A stretch of 64,000 nt of DNA from Octopus vulgaris (GCA_951406725.2 OX597831.1:47120001-47184000); one strand, 5' to 3'. Counted from the stretch's first letter, positions 11,621 to 25,901 are shown. A program made the numbers and translations. The notes: a model not told the origin generated them from the letters alone.

Positions 11621-13659
11621 TTTTTCCCTTCTGTCCATATAGTCCGTCTGACAGTCTTACACTCAGTTAACAATGTTTACCCAATTTCACTTTCAGGGTC
11701 AGAGTTATTTAGATGTTATGTGGGAAAATGCTTGCCCAAAGTACCAGACAATGAAATCAGACCTAGCGTCAGATTATGAAACAAACTTCTTAACCATTTA
11801 GTCACAATTACATACACTGCAATGTGCATGCATGCACACACAAATTCACAGAATACACTCACATGGTCAGAAATATACTTCTTTCTTAGCTAACCCCCCC
11901 TTTTTTTTTTTGAATCGCAAGGAAGCATTTAGTTGATATTCATCTTTGGTTTCTTCAACATTAAAACAGCAAGAGATAAATCTATCACTAGATAGGCTGC
12001 TGGTTTGTCTTATCACAGGCAGTTCTTTTCACTGCAGGAGTTAAGCTCAACACTGCATGATGACAAATCATTTGCTGGTTTTATAATGTTGCTGCTCCTG
12101 CTGCTGCTACTGTAGTGGGTTATTCATGTATTAGACCAAGGCTGCCCAGAATTACACAACAACAGCAGCAGCAGTGCAGCAGCAGGTAATTATTGTATCG
12201 AGTACTGAGGAGTGAAGGGGCAAATTTACCTTAACAAGATTTGAATTCAGAGAATGGTGCAGGATGAAACTAAATACTCTACTTATTCGTGAAACTGGAT
12301 GTTGCATCAGTAGTTAAACTGATCCCATTTTATTGACTGATTCTTGGAAGGCAAAGTAAATTTGGTAGAATTTGCACTCCCACTTCCACAAAAAAAACAA
12401 AAAAAACCCAACTCAGAAGTATTTGATTCCTATTGAAAAGGTCAATGTTTATAGAGGTTGTGTGTGTATGGTGTTTGGGAAATTTTAAATTGCATTCATC
12501 TCCATATATTATCAGTAAAATTTTTTTAGTTGATAGTTGCAGGAATTGTGCGCAGTATCTTTCATCTTTTACTTGTTTCAGTTATTAGACTGTGGCCATG
12601 CTGGGGCACCGCCTTGAAGAAGTTTTAGTTAAATGAATCAACACCAGTACTTACTTTTGGTTAAACCTGGTACTTGTATTGGTTTTTGTTTGCTGAACTG
12701 CTAAGTTACAGGGAACATAAGCACACCAACACTGATTGTCAAGCAGTGGTGGGGGACAAACACTGACACAAAGACACACACACACAATAGGCTTCTTTCA
12801 GTTTTTGTCTAAAAATCCCCTCAAAGGCTTTGGTTGGCCCAAGGCTCAATGCACCCTTTTCTCTCTTCAAGCTGTCACATCCTTAATGTTCCATTGGGTC
12901 AAAAGAGAGAATACTGAGAGGGTGTCTATATCGCTTTTTCACTACATAGAGACCTAAAACAATTTGGTGATGTGAGCTACTAGGTTGTATTTGTATGTAA
13001 GTGATGGCTTAGCTAGTACCAAGTCAGTTCTGATTATATGATCCAAAACATTCCAGCCATGATGATCCTGTATTATACAAAGTGTTCCTAAATATATTAT
13101 ATCTTAATAAATTAAAACATAATCTACCTACAATCATATTATCCAGCATTCTTCTTTGTTACAGACTATTGGGTATGATATGAAGGATATTTGGCTGCAG
13201 TTTCTAGTAGATTGACCAACTGCATAGAGCTCTGGTAGAGACCCTCTTTTTGATTTACTAGAAACAGCAGTCAAGTTTCCCTCAAGAGGCTGACAAGGGA
13301 AGCCACTGTATGAGTACTGGAGAACCTTATTAATAATCAGGGCATCTATAAGTGCATAAGAACCTGTTGGAGTACATATATGTTGAGAAAAATAATGAAT
13401 CATTAATTATCCAAATTCATAAGTATGCAACTTATAGGCTTACACTGTTTTTTTTTTTACATATGGGTTAGTATAGAGAATGTCATTAACAGGGGGTTGT
13501 TTTCAAATTTAAATGTTAGCAGAAGAGGGTCTCTACCACAGCCTTATGCATTTCACCACTCTGTGAGAAATTGTTGCCAAATTTTCCTCTAATCATACTT
13601 AACAATCTTTAATAAGTAAAGTAGATTATGACTTAAATTTATAAAACATAATATCTAAT

Positions 13660-14064
13660 TGTGGCCGATGCCAGTGCCAGTCTTGGCCAATGCCAGTGCT
13701 GTCTGACGGGCACCCATGCCGGTAGCATGTAAAAAGCACTGTTCAAGCATTGAGCCTCATGGAGGTAATGACAGGTGACCAAGACCCTTGGCAATATACA
13801 GTGCTTGTGTTGACCTGTCAAGCCAAGCGAGACCATAGTTGTGGTCAATGCCAGTGACAAGTCAATGGCACCCATGCCGGTGGCCTGTAAAGAACACCCA
13901 CTACACTCTCGGAGTGGTTGGCGTTAGGAAGGGCATTCAGGCATAGAAACCTTGCCAAATCAGATTGGAACCTGGTGCAGACCCTGGCTTAGCAATTTTC
14001 AGTCAGACCGTCCAACCCATGCCAACATGGAAATCGGATGTTAAATAATGATGATGATGATGAT
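13660..14064 (+). mobile_element. Interspersed retro-repeat (family D) with (TGA)n tail
   Basis: Contains GGCGTTAGGAAGGGCAT...CCAACCCATGCCAACATGGAAA...TGATGATGA. Further copies at 35898-36175(-), 44225-44493(+), 50150-50335(-), 57490-57672(-) and 63167-63370(-). Confidence 0.8.
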
Positions 14065-14650
14065 TTAGGACTACATTGTACAAGGTAGAGTTGACCCAAG
14101 TGGATGAATAGTAATATTAATCTTTGTATAATAATCCTTTCTACTATAGGCACAAGGCCTGAAATTTTTGGGGAGGGGGCTAGTCGATTACATCTACCCC
14201 AGTATTTGACTGGTACTTATTTTATTGATACTGAAAGGATGAAAGGTAAAGTTGACCTCAGCGGAATTTGAACTCAGAATGTGAAGACAGATGAAATACC
14301 ACTAAGCATTTCGTCTGACCTGCTAATGATTCTGCCAGCCTACTGCCTTAAATCTTTGTATAATAATAGCCAATATAAATGGTTGAATGATTGGTTTGTT
14401 AGTTGATTGGTTTCCCCAGTCAGGCTTTACATTATATTGAGAGAAGAAAAGAGAGAGAGAGAGAGAGAGTAAAAGACAGATACAGAGAAAGTTAACATAA
14501 GAGATGTTGGATGAGTGTACATACGAGGCTTGGTGGCAGGCAGAAATACTAAACTTGTGCTGTAAGAAAGAACCATAGAGCCAGAGGAGAAGAAGGAGAA
14601 GGAGAGGAAGTAAATGACAGTTTAGTTATGGGAAGAGTTATACGAATGGG

Positions 14651-15031
14651 TGGAGGCGCAATGGCCCAGTGGTTAGGGCAGCGGACTCGCGGTCGTAGGA
14701 TCGCGGTTTCAATTCCCAGACCGGGCGTTGTGAGTGTTTATTGAGCGAAAACACCTAAAGCTCTACGAGGCTCCGGCAGGGATGGTGGTGATCCCTGCTG
14801 TACTCTTTCACCACAACTTTCTCTCACTCTTACTTCCTGTTTCTGTTGTACCTGTATTTCAAAGGGCCGGCCTTGTCACTCTCTGTGTCATGCTGAATAT
14901 CCCCGAGAACTACGTTAAGGGTACACGTGTCTGTGGAGTGCTCAGCCACTTGCACGTTAATTTCACGAGCAGGCTGTTCTGTTGATCGGATCAACCGGAA
15001 CCCTCGTCGTCGTAACCGACGAAGTGCTTCT
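14651..15031 (+). mobile_element. Young full-length tRNA-derived SINE (family C) with 13-bp TSD
   Basis: tRNA-like head GGAGGCGCAATGGCCCAGTGGTTAGGGCAGCGGACTCGCGG...GTTTCAATTCCC. TSD TTATACGAATGGG / TTATACAAATGGG. Its 3' half is also present reversed at about 44905-45090. Confidence 0.88.
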
Positions 15032-16051
15032 TTATACAAATGGGAAATTTGTTTTATATAACTTTATTTTAAGACAATTGATTTTTTCTTTTGGAAAGTA
15101 TTCCTTTCATCATTTCATATAAACATCAAGAATTTGATAAAAGTTGAATCATAATTATTTTATGTGTGCTATAATTCCTGATATTTACATATGATGGCAA
15201 AAGTGTACTTCCAAAGTTACTTATTATATGATAAGTAACACTCTATTAATAATAATAGTGCTTTGATGCAGTACCAGGCAGTGGCTCTCATGGCTTCTGA
15301 TCATTTCTGATTGGATGTGTTACCATGTACATTGTTTTGTCTTGGTATAAAAGATGGGCTACAGCAAATATTCTGCTCAATGCCACAGATTTGCTTGCCA
15401 GTTGTTTGACTGTAACTAGTTGAGCATATCCCTTAGTGACTCATGATTATGTTCATCTTTGATCACGAGCAGAAGTAGTGGTGGAACATCATAGCCATGT
15501 GTTGAAAGGAATCCTTTGGGGTTTGGATAATTCACCTTTGGAAACATGGGTGTTTCATTCAACATCCTTAAACAACCCTTATTCAAGGACCTTTTGAGCA
15601 GGATGGGCTACTCAACCAGAAGAAAATTCTAACTGGGCCCCACCTGCAAAGTCATGCATTGCTTATCTTGATATGAGATCACCATGTCGTGCACATATGG
15701 TTGTGATGCATGTACACAGTGTACCCTTATCAGACAGGTAGTCATGATAGGTGTACTGGACTCCGTATATTTTACCCCAGTGTCACTTTGATGGCATATA
15801 CTGTTCTCTCTTTCATCAACAACAACAACAAAAATAATCCTTTCTACTAAAGGCACAAACACTGAAATTTGTGGGGAGGGGACTAGTTGATTACATTGAC
15901 CCCAGTGTTTCATTGGTACTTAATTTATCAACCCCCAAAAGGATGAAAGGTAAAGTTGACCTCAGTGGAAATTGAACTCAGAATGTAGCAACAGACAAAA
16001 TACTGCCAAACATTTCACCTGGCTTGCTATCGATTCTACCAGTTTGCCACC

Positions 16052-16130
<79 letters not shown>

Positions 16131-16702
16131 CAACAGCAACGGCAGCAGCAGCCACCGCCACCACCACCAACCACCACCACCATTTCTACTATAGGCGCAA
16201 GGCCTGAAGTTTTTTGGGAGAAGGGTTAAGTACTCCACTGGTACTTAATTTATCAACCCTGAAAGGATGAAAAGCAAAGTCAACTTCAGTGGAATAATAA
16301 TAATAATAACAATTTTCACCTTTCCTCTCTTTAATCAACAATCTCACAAAATATATTTAATAAATGCATCATCCTCATCTTTCCTTTCTTTAATCAATTA
16401 TCTCATGTATACACATGCTTTCTGATATTTCTCTCAAAACTAATGATCATTCATTATACATTTTACACTATGTAAAACATGAAAAAGATGTATCCTGAAT
16501 TCTAAGCTTAATAATTTAGTACTTTAGCTAAATCAGAGAGGTAACAAGGTTTAATGGAAGCAGTGAAGAGTGATATGAAATTAGATTCAGCTTATTCTCT
16601 GTTGTGTAATATGTTTTCTTTATTAGCCACAAAGGGTTTTATAAAAAAATCATTGGGATGTACAAGACTCTAATCAGGTTAAGGTTATCCTCTGGTGTTT
16701 AA

Positions 16703-17244
16703 TCCCTAATAATAAAAGCAAAACTCTGTCTGTCCATCTGGGACCCCTGTATTTCCATCTACATTTGCTCTACATAGACATATTATACCGTTTTGGAATC
16801 AGGATGATGCCCGGATTGAAAATCTGTCCTTTATTCTGTTCTTGAACATCCAGCATTGGGATCTGATTTTAAAGCTTTTGGGTTGCTATTTCTCGCAGGT
16901 AAAGCTTGGCTGATTCTGCCATCATGCTTGGTGTTCGTCAGATGATGTTAGAGATCAAGGGGAAGATAAATGACATTTGCTTCGTTAATTTTATGTCGGG
17001 ATAAGAACTTTGGGACAAATTGATTAACAGTTGGAATTTAACTTGGGACTGGAACAATTGAATGATTGCATTGCAGAATTAATTCTCATCTGTCCTTAAC
17101 CTCTGATCAAACATCACCAAGGCACATAGTCATTATAGACATATTATAGTAAGGCTATTCTGCTCTATTTAGTTTTGGGCCACAGGCCTGATTAGCCCTC
17201 CACAAAAGCTTAAAAGTCTGCATGGAATGCGGCTTTTAAGCTAG
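16703..17244 (+). mobile_element. Non-autonomous Helitron
   Basis: 5' end A|TCCCTAATAATAAAAGCAAAACTCTGTCTGTC. 3' hairpin AAAAGTCTGCATGGAATGCGGCTTTT followed by CTAG|T. Inserted between A and T with no TSD. Confidence 0.7.
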
Positions 17245-17471
17245 TATGTCATAAATTTCAGATTATTTAACTCTTCATCCAATTTAACATCACCACCTAG
17301 TTCATGCATGGCTTTAGCAGAATCCATTCTGTTGCAAGCTTTTGAGGCCAGGTGTTTGGTCTGAAGGTCATTTCTTCCTTTCAGCCTCAAATGTCCTAAA
17401 AAGAAGCACAGACATTGCCCATCTTCCTCTGACTTGTATAGCCAATCATCACCCATGAGCATGTATTGTTT

Positions 17472-18032
17472 GGTAACATCTACCATGTTGCTAATTGTTT
17501 TAGGTGTGGAGTCTTAGCGACATCTATCATTCTGTTGCTAACTGTTTTCAAGTTGTAAGCTGACATCAGATACTACCTCAGCTTGCTCAACCTCACCCAA
17601 GTGAAGCTTGTATGGTTTGGTAACATCTTTCATGCCGTTGCTAATTATTTCAGGTGTAAAGTCTTGGTAACATCTACCATGCTGTTGCTAATTGCTTCTG
17701 CTGTAGAGTCTTGGTAACATCTACCATGTTGCTAATTGTTTTAGGTGTGAAGTCTTAGCGACATCTATCATGCTATTGCTAACTGTTTTCAAGTTGTAAG
17801 CTGACATCAGATACTATCTCAGCTCACTCAACCTCACCCAAGTGAAGCTTGTATGGTATGGTAACATCTTTCATGCCGTTGCTAATTATTTCAGGTATAA
17901 AGTCTTGGTAACATCTTCCAAGCTGTTGCTAATTGTTTTAGGTATAAAGTCTTGATAACACCTACCATGCTATCGCTGTTTTCAAGTTGTAAGCAGACAT
18001 CAGACATTCTCTCAGCTCACTCAACCTCACCC
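17472..18032. repeat. Higher-order minisatellite: ~45-47-bp monomers in a 241-bp unit
   Basis: GGTAACATCTACCATGTTGCTAATTGTTTTAGGTGTG recurs at 17472 and 17713. Monomers alternate with an AAGTTGTAAGCTGACATCAGA...CTCAACCTCACCC block that occurs three times. Confidence 0.85.
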
Positions 18033-18928
18033 CAGTGGAACACCTGAGGATGTGACTGCTGGAGGGAGAGACGGTTGCACCAGCACTTGTTTGATATCCA
18101 TTACAGCTGAGTAGACAGGAGCAACTTAAAATGAAGTACTTTGTTGAAGGGCAAAAACATACCACCCATCCAGGATTTGAACCCACAGCCTTTATTATCT
18201 GATCATGATACTGTAACTCTCGGGCTGATCACATTCATTTTCCTCTGACTAAGTCATTAAAAAAGAAAAGAGTAGAAAAAAAAAAACCAAGCCTGAAATG
18301 GTGATAGTTTGAAGTCTTTGACCCCCTCCCCCACGTACCATTTATTTGACAGAGTGCAGGTAGTAAGTCACCTGCTCCCACACAATGCAGGTATCTCACC
18401 AGTTACATTACTACCTAACCTACACTGGCTAAAACAACAGAATAAAACGAACTAAAAAAAATTACAATAACATCTGAAGTAAAAGTAATACCTGAATCTC
18501 AAATGACAATTCATGTACCACTAGGTCTGTGTTTTTTGGCGTTTTTCTATCTTTTTTTTTATTTATTTACTTCTTTTTTTTTTAACCGATTTAGTTGCTT
18601 TAGAGCAAATTGTTGTTGTTCATGTTAGTATTTTTAGTGTTGCTAATTTTTTTTTTTGCCTGCAACTGATCGAATGAAACCAAATATTTGTGGAAGGATG
18701 ATATTTTAAGACTTTGTCTAGGTTTACACGCGTGATTGCATATGCACAGACACACAGGAATGCTCACACATACACACACACTATGAGTACACACAATACC
18801 TGCAATGCACACACACACACACACATGTGCAACTAAATGTACCAGCAATGCACATGCACACATGGATGCAAATGCATATATGTCTGCACAAACAGGAATG
18901 CAAATGAATGCACACACTTATATATATA

Positions 18929-19149
18929 CTCTTTTACTCTTTTACTTGTTTCAGTCATTTGACTGCAGCCATGCTGGAGCACCGCCTTTAGTCGAGCAAA
19001 TCAATCCCGGGACTTATTCTTTGTAAGCCCAGTACTTATTCTATCAGTCTCTTTTGCCGAACCGCTAAGTGACGGGGACGTAAACACACCAGCATCGGTT
19101 GTCAAGCAATGCTAGGGGAACAAACACAGACACACAAACATACACACTC

Positions 19150-19188
<39 letters not shown>

Positions 19189-19306
19189 TGCGACAGGCTT
19201 CTTTCAGTTTCTGTCTACCAAATCCACTCAAGGCTTTGGTCGGCCCAAGGCTATAGCAGAAGACACTTGGGAAGTCTGAACCCTGAACCATGTGGTTGGT
19301 TAGCAA
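18929..19306 (-). mobile_element. Family A SINE
   Basis: High identity to 1317-1693; head truncated. Confidence 0.9.
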
Positions 19307-21984
19307 GAGAGAGAGAGAGAGAAAAATGCATGTATACAGATACACACATATGCAATCCTATATGTACACATACACACTTGAATCAAACACATGTACACGT
19401 AAGAATTGTAAAACACAAGGATACACAAATATAAATGCATATATGCTCATATGCAAATGCAACCCCACCCACTATCAGAAATGCACATTTACACGTGAAC
19501 CCTCCCATTCACTCATAAAAAATGTGCACATTCACACACAAAAGTACTGACATCTATAGAAAACAACTCAACTATACACACCATACACAAAAGAGCACAC
19601 ACACACACTCACACACATAATACACAAAGGATATAACCATACATGCATAAAAGCACACAAACACACATATACAAAAGCTTATGTTCACACACACACACAC
19701 ACAAGCTTATATTCAAGTATACACAAAAGCTCCGACACACACCAAAACACCTGTTCACACTTACACAAAAGCATACACAGAATGTATGCATGAAAGTTAC
19801 TAATTTTTTTTCTCTATTAGCTTTATTTATTAACCTATTAATATCGTTATTTATGCTCACCACCAATTTTAGAAGGAAGATATACTTAATTGAATCTATT
19901 CAAGTTTATTGTGGATACATTATTTCGATCCTGAGTGATAGTAGAAAAAGCCAGCCCAGACCTGGTTTGAACTTGAAACTGGAAAATATTAATTTCTCTA
20001 TCACAGGTATAGGCATAGCTGTGTGGTAAGAAGGTTTGCTTCCCAATCACATGGTTTCAAGTTCAGTCCCACTGTATGGCACCTTGGGCAAGTGTCTACT
20101 ACTATAGTTTTGGGCCAACTAAGACCGTGTGAGTGGATTTAGTAGACACAAACCGAAAGAAGCCTGTCACACGTGTATGTGTGTGTGTGTGTGAGTGTGT
20201 GTGTGTGTGTGTATGTTTGTCTCCCACCATTGCTTGACAACCAGCGTTGGTGTGTTTACATCCCTGTTACTTAGCAATTTGGCAAAAGAGAGCAATTGAA
20301 TAAGTACCAGGCTTAAAAAAAAATAGGACTGGGGGGTTGATTTGTTTGACTACCTCAAAGCGGTGCCCCAGCATGGCTGTAATCTAATGACCAAATGAAA
20401 CAAGTAAATGATTAAAGATATGATTTAGTTGGTAGATATTAGATAGCGTGTGCTACTGTCGCTGGGTCAGGATGTAATATGAATACTGAAGCAGAGTGTG
20501 TCATGGATACTGGAACAGCATGTGCTATAGGGTATTGGAGGAGGCACTGAAATAGGATATACTGTGGCTAGTGAAATAGGGGTGTGCTATGGGAAATGAA
20601 ACAGGATGTGCGTATACTATAGAGTATACGATTCAAAGTGTGGGAATCACTGCAAAATTAATGTAATATATTTAATTGACAATTAAGGCAGCAAGCTGGT
20701 AGAATTATTGGCATGCTGGACAAAAGTGCTTAGGTGGAATTTCATCCGTCTTTAAGCTCTGAGTTCAAATCTACTGAGGTGGACTTTGCCTTTCATCCTT
20801 TTGAGGTCGATGAAATAAGTACAGAGTTAATGTAATCGACTTACTCCTGCTCCTGAAGTTACTGGCCTTGTGCCAAAATTTGAAATGAATATATCTAATT
20901 GACAATTAATGTATTTCAAAATTGTGTAGAAAACGGGAAATAGACAGAAATAAGGTTGAAGTACATTACGAAGATATACTGGAATATTTCTTTGTTTCTG
21001 GTAAAACTGGGTAAAAGGCCCAGGTCAATGAGACAATACTAAAATTTGTCCCTTGATTAAACGAGACAGTGAGGAAATCTCTTATGTGGTTACTCACTCT
21101 GCTAGAAATAGTAGCCATACAACCCTCAGGAAGGGGCATGTTGGATAATGTAGTCCTAAACTCCACTAAAAAGATGAGGTGGTCTCAATTCATATTAGAT
21201 AATGTAGTCCTACATACCACTAAAACGATGAGATGGTCATAAATGGAATATCCTTGATCATCAGTATCCTCAATTAGAGTTGATTTTATAGTTAAAAGAG
21301 TACCAATAATAACTGGAGTTCCAGTTTCAATTAAGAAAAAAAAACAAACAAATAAAAAACAAAAACACTAAAGCTTTCAACATTATACACAGTCCGAAGG
21401 AACTCTGCTAGGCATTGCTTACGTCCTACGCAAGACATTTTCAATTCAATAGCACAACTGAAACAGTACACAAAAAGAGGTGCAGTTGTCGGATTACTGG
21501 CAGGCTAACAGAAAAAAAAAAGACTTTCTATATAACTGATGACCAGTAATAAGAGCACCCTTGAAATAAATTCTTTCAAATACTCGGTAGACTTCCTAGA
21601 AGTTGTTGATAGCTTCTGTTATCTAGGTGACCCATTTAGGCGTGGATGTGGGTGGGTATTCCACAAGCATGAGTAGCCAGAGAAGAATGGGGGTGGAAGA
21701 AGTTCAGGCTACTATTGTCTCTGCTGGTAATAGAAAGATACTCTTCCAAGTGAAGGCCAGATTGTAATAAGTGTGATGTTGTGTGTTCAGGAAACATTGG
21801 CATTGAATATGGAAGGCGTGAGTTGTGCAAAGGCTGGAAAAAAAACTGAGATGAGCATGCTCGTTTAAGTGTGAAATATTAGTGTACATGAATAGCAGGG
21901 CATAAGTAAGCTGGGAGAAAAACTGGGTATAAAAGGAATTAAATGTAGTATGCAAGAGTGAAGGCAGTGCTGGTGATGAATATA

Positions 21985-22246
21985 CAGTCGTGGCTAAAAG
22001 TATGGAACATAGGTCTGAAAATTAGAATTTTTGTATTAAATGCCCTAAGTTATATTTAATTTGCAATATATTTGCAATATAGGCACAGGAGTGGCTGTGT
22101 GGTAAGTAGCTTGTTTACCAACCACATGGTTTCAGGTTCAGTCCCACTGCGTGGCATCTTGGGCAAGTGTCTTCTACTATAGCCTCAGGCCGACCAAAGC
22201 CTTGTGAGTGGATTTGGTAGACGGAAACTGAAAGAAGCCCGTCGTA

Positions 22247-22277
<31 letters not shown>

Positions 22278-22632
22278 GCGTGTGTGTGTTTGTCCCCCTA
22301 GCATTGCTTGACAACCGATGCTGGTGTGTTTATGTTCCCGTTACTTAGCGGTTCGGCAAAAGACACCGATAGAATAAGTACTGGGCTTACAAAAGAATAA
22401 GTCCCGGGGTCGAGTTGCTCGATTAAAGGCGGTGCTCCAGCATGGCCGCAGTCAAATGACTGAAACAAGTAAAAGCGTAAAAGAGAGTATATTATTACAG
22501 TAATATGGTGGATATCTAAAAAAGAATTTATTTTAGTTGTTTGATGCTAGTCATGTGACTTCCTGTAATTTTGTGAATTGTACGTGGGCATAACAATTTT
22601 TCAAAAATGTTCCAAACTTTTGGCCATGACTG
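21985..22632. mobile_element. Tc1-like MITE containing a SINE
   Basis: TA|CAGTCGTGGCTAAAAGTATGGAACA ... TGTTCCAAACTTTTGGCCATGACTG|TA: 25-bp TIRs with a TA target-site duplication. Confidence 0.88.
22081..22487 (+). mobile_element. Full-length family A SINE
   Basis: Complete head, internal (TA)n(TG)n and GTAAAAGAG tail. More copies near 12566(-), 20010(+), 24662(+), 27680(-), 30841(+), 31340(+), 38730(-), 40190(+), 44735(+), 54545(+), 60400(+) and 62700(+). Confidence 0.92.
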
Positions 22633-23327
22633 TATGGAGGATGACATGTATAGAGGTGGCAAGAAATCCTAGTGGAAGAACTTGTGGAAAAGAAAGTATA
22701 AGAAGTGGTGAAGGCTGAATCACATGACTGAGATGACAAAGGACCACAACAAGTGGTGGGTTGCCATGCCAAAGAGGATCCATCCAGTCAAGGCAAACAT
22801 GGAAAAACTGACATAAAATCGATGATATTACTGATGTTTCCAGCAATGGATCAAGGCCACAAATTTGAAGGGAAAGTATATTGTTAACTAGACCAATATT
22901 CTGTTTGACTGAAGCTTAATTTTATAGACGATGATGATAAAATCTTTTCTATTATAGGCACGCAGCCAGAATTTTAAGGGCTGGGTGGGGTGGAGTAGTC
23001 AATTACACCGACCTCAGTACTCTACTGGTACTTATTTTATCAACCCTGAAAGAATAACGATAATCTTTTGTACTATAGGCACAAGGCCAGAAATTTGGGT
23101 GGCAGGGAGCTAGTCGATGGCATCGACCCCCAAAACTTAACTGGCATTTATTTTATTGACCCCAAAAGGATGACAGGCATTGTCAACCTCAGTGGAATAT
23201 GAATGTAAAGTTGGATGAAATGTTGCTAAGCATTTTGTCTGGTGTGCTAAAGATTCGGTGAGATTGCTACCTTAATAATAATAATAATAATAGTAATAAT
23301 AATAATAATAGTAATAATAATAATAAC

Positions 23328-23366
<39 letters not shown>

Positions 23367-24080
23367 TTTTTTGGGGTGGGATTAGTTGATTACATAAACC
23401 CCAGTGCTCAACTGGTACTTAATTTTTTTTCTACTCCAAGGAAAGCCTTAGTGGAATTTGAACTCTGAATGTAAAAAGAGTAAGAAGAAATGTCTGATGC
23501 TTTAATTATTGCACCAATCCACCATCCTAATAATACTACTACCACCAACTCCATCACCACCGTCCATAACACTCATTTCTTTATTTGCCACAAGGGTGAT
23601 GAATGTGGGGGACATTACAAAATAGTGATATTAATGACAATAATTTTGCTTGTGTATTCTTTGTGTTTGTTATTCCTATGTGATAATGAGTACCGAAGTC
23701 TGCTATAGAATTATTAGTGTGGAACATTCCTTCTTGTATTGTAATGTAATAACTGCCTCACACACACGCTCACATGCTTATGCACAAACACGTGTTTTTA
23801 TACATATGCAAGGAAAGCGAGTTAAAGTTTTGCTTATAGGAATACCAGAATGAATATGAAAACAGTAATAATGACACATGTTTGTCTTTGCATTGATTAA
23901 CAAACATGTCTCTTTCCACAAATGTATAATTAGTTTGGAACCGAGGTGTCTCATTTTTTTTTTCTCTTTTTCTTAAAAAATTTATGGTTAGTATAATATA
24001 GTTCTTCACACTGCATCTTTCTGTCTACACATACAAACATATGCACACACATGCACACATATGTGTATATCTATGTATGT

Positions 24081-24111
<31 letters not shown>

Positions 24112-24620
24112 GTGTGTATATATATATGTGTGTGTATATATATATATATATATAAATATATATATATATGTATGTGTGTGTGTTATTATTTAGGACAAAC
24201 AGTAAGTTGTCATTATAGTACTTCATATTATTTTATACATGTGTGTGTGCGTGAAGGTACATGGCTCAGTATTTAGAACACCGAGCTTATGATCGTGAGG
24301 TTGTGAGTTTGATTCCCGGACTGGGCTGCAAGACACTTTATTTCACATTGCTCCAGTCCACTCAGCTGTAGAAATGAATTGTAACATCACTGGTGCCAAG
24401 CTGTATCGGCCCCTTTGCCTTTCCCTTGGATAACATCAGTGGCATGGAGAGGGGATGCTGGTATGCATGGACGACTGCTGGTCTTCCATAAAAAAGCAAC
24501 CCTAGGTGGTACATTCACTGGTAAGGTGACATTCCACCCAGACTTGTACCGTGGAGGGGAACCTCTTAGATGCACCCATGGTCATTCGTGACCAACAGAG
24601 TTGAGTTTAATATATATATA

Positions 24621-24664
<44 letters not shown>

Positions 24665-25081
24665 TGCAGGAGTGACTGTGTGGTAAGAAGCTTGCTTCCA
24701 AACCACTTGATTCTGGTGCAGTCCTCCTGCATGGCACCTTGGGCAAGTGTCTTCTACTATAACCTCGCGTCGACCAAACCCTTGTGAGTGGATTTGGTAA
24801 TGTACGTGTGTACATTTGTGTGTTTGTGTTTGTCCTCCCACATCACTTGACAACCAATGTTGGTGTGTTTATGTCACCATAACTTAGTGGTTTGGCAAAA
24901 GAGACCAATAGAATAAGTACTAGGCTTACAAAGAATAAGTCCTGGGATCAATTTGTTCAACTAAAGGTGGTGCCCCAGCATAGCTGCAGTTAAATGTCTG
25001 GAACAAGTAAAATAATATGTATATGTATGTATACACACACACCCATACACTTATATATTTATGAGTGGATGTGTGTGTAAG

Positions 25082-25147
<66 letters not shown>

Positions 25148-25183
25148 ACCTCTGTAGTAGGTATATTAGCAGAGCAAATTTAA

Positions 25184-25385
25184 CCCTTTAGTGTTCGTAA
25201 TATTCTGCCAAAATTTAATGCTTTTTATCCACATTGTTTTGAACTAATCATGCATTATCTTGTAGCTATGAGATTTTAATGAGGTAGCTGTTAATTTTTA
25301 AAACGATATTGTAGTGTTGGTGTGAGAGACCAGATCTGGCCAGTTTGGACATAAAACAGGCAGAATACTTTTGGCCGGATAAGGG
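25184..25385. mobile_element. piggyBac-like MITE
   Basis: TTAA|CCCTT ... AAGGG|TTAA. Partial copies at 640 and 56490. Confidence 0.85.
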
Positions 25386-25901
25386 TTAACTAATTCCTCT
25401 CCATAGATTGAAATAATGATGACCAGCTTCAGTCATTCTCACTACATCAGTTTGACCAATCCCAGAGAAACAAGTAGCCAGTCTGTTTATGCACTTGCCA
25501 AATCCAGTAGCTACTGAGAATTGGAGCTACTAATTTGCATACCATATTACACACAGGTGGGTGCAGACATTCATACATATGTAGATGTATATATAAATGT
25601 GCCTGCTTATATGTATAGGTAGACTCTGTGTGTGTGTGTGTGTGTGTCTATCTCTCTCTATATATATCTATATACATACTAGAGAGTGAATTCAATTTCA
25701 TCACTAATCAGTGTTTCACGCAGTCACACACACAAGGTATGTTGCAGCAATCTCTCAGACAGTTCTTTCTATAATATTCACCTGAAGGGTTTCAGCTACA
25801 TGCCTTGTGAATATTATTGTAAAACTGAGTAATGCTTCCCAGTAACTTGAAACTCTACTTCGTGCACAGAGCGCTCTCTTTTCTTTCCTTTGTAATTATA
25901 A

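Larger units (their letters stand above)
21570..22720 (+). mobile_element. Degenerate RTE LINE 3' region, split by a Tc1 MITE
   Basis: Translates to LEVVDSFCYLGD at about 21597-21632, followed by decayed RTE C-terminal sequence that resumes after 22634. Confidence 0.7.

Noticed and set aside
14651-14725. tRNA-like sequence
   Set aside because: It is a SINE head that continues into the SINE body within a TSD and does not form a complete cloverleaf.
15255-15805. Complex non-microsatellite block that looks like an interspersed repeat
   Set aside because: Single copy in the window with no clear termini or translatable motif, so it cannot be classified.
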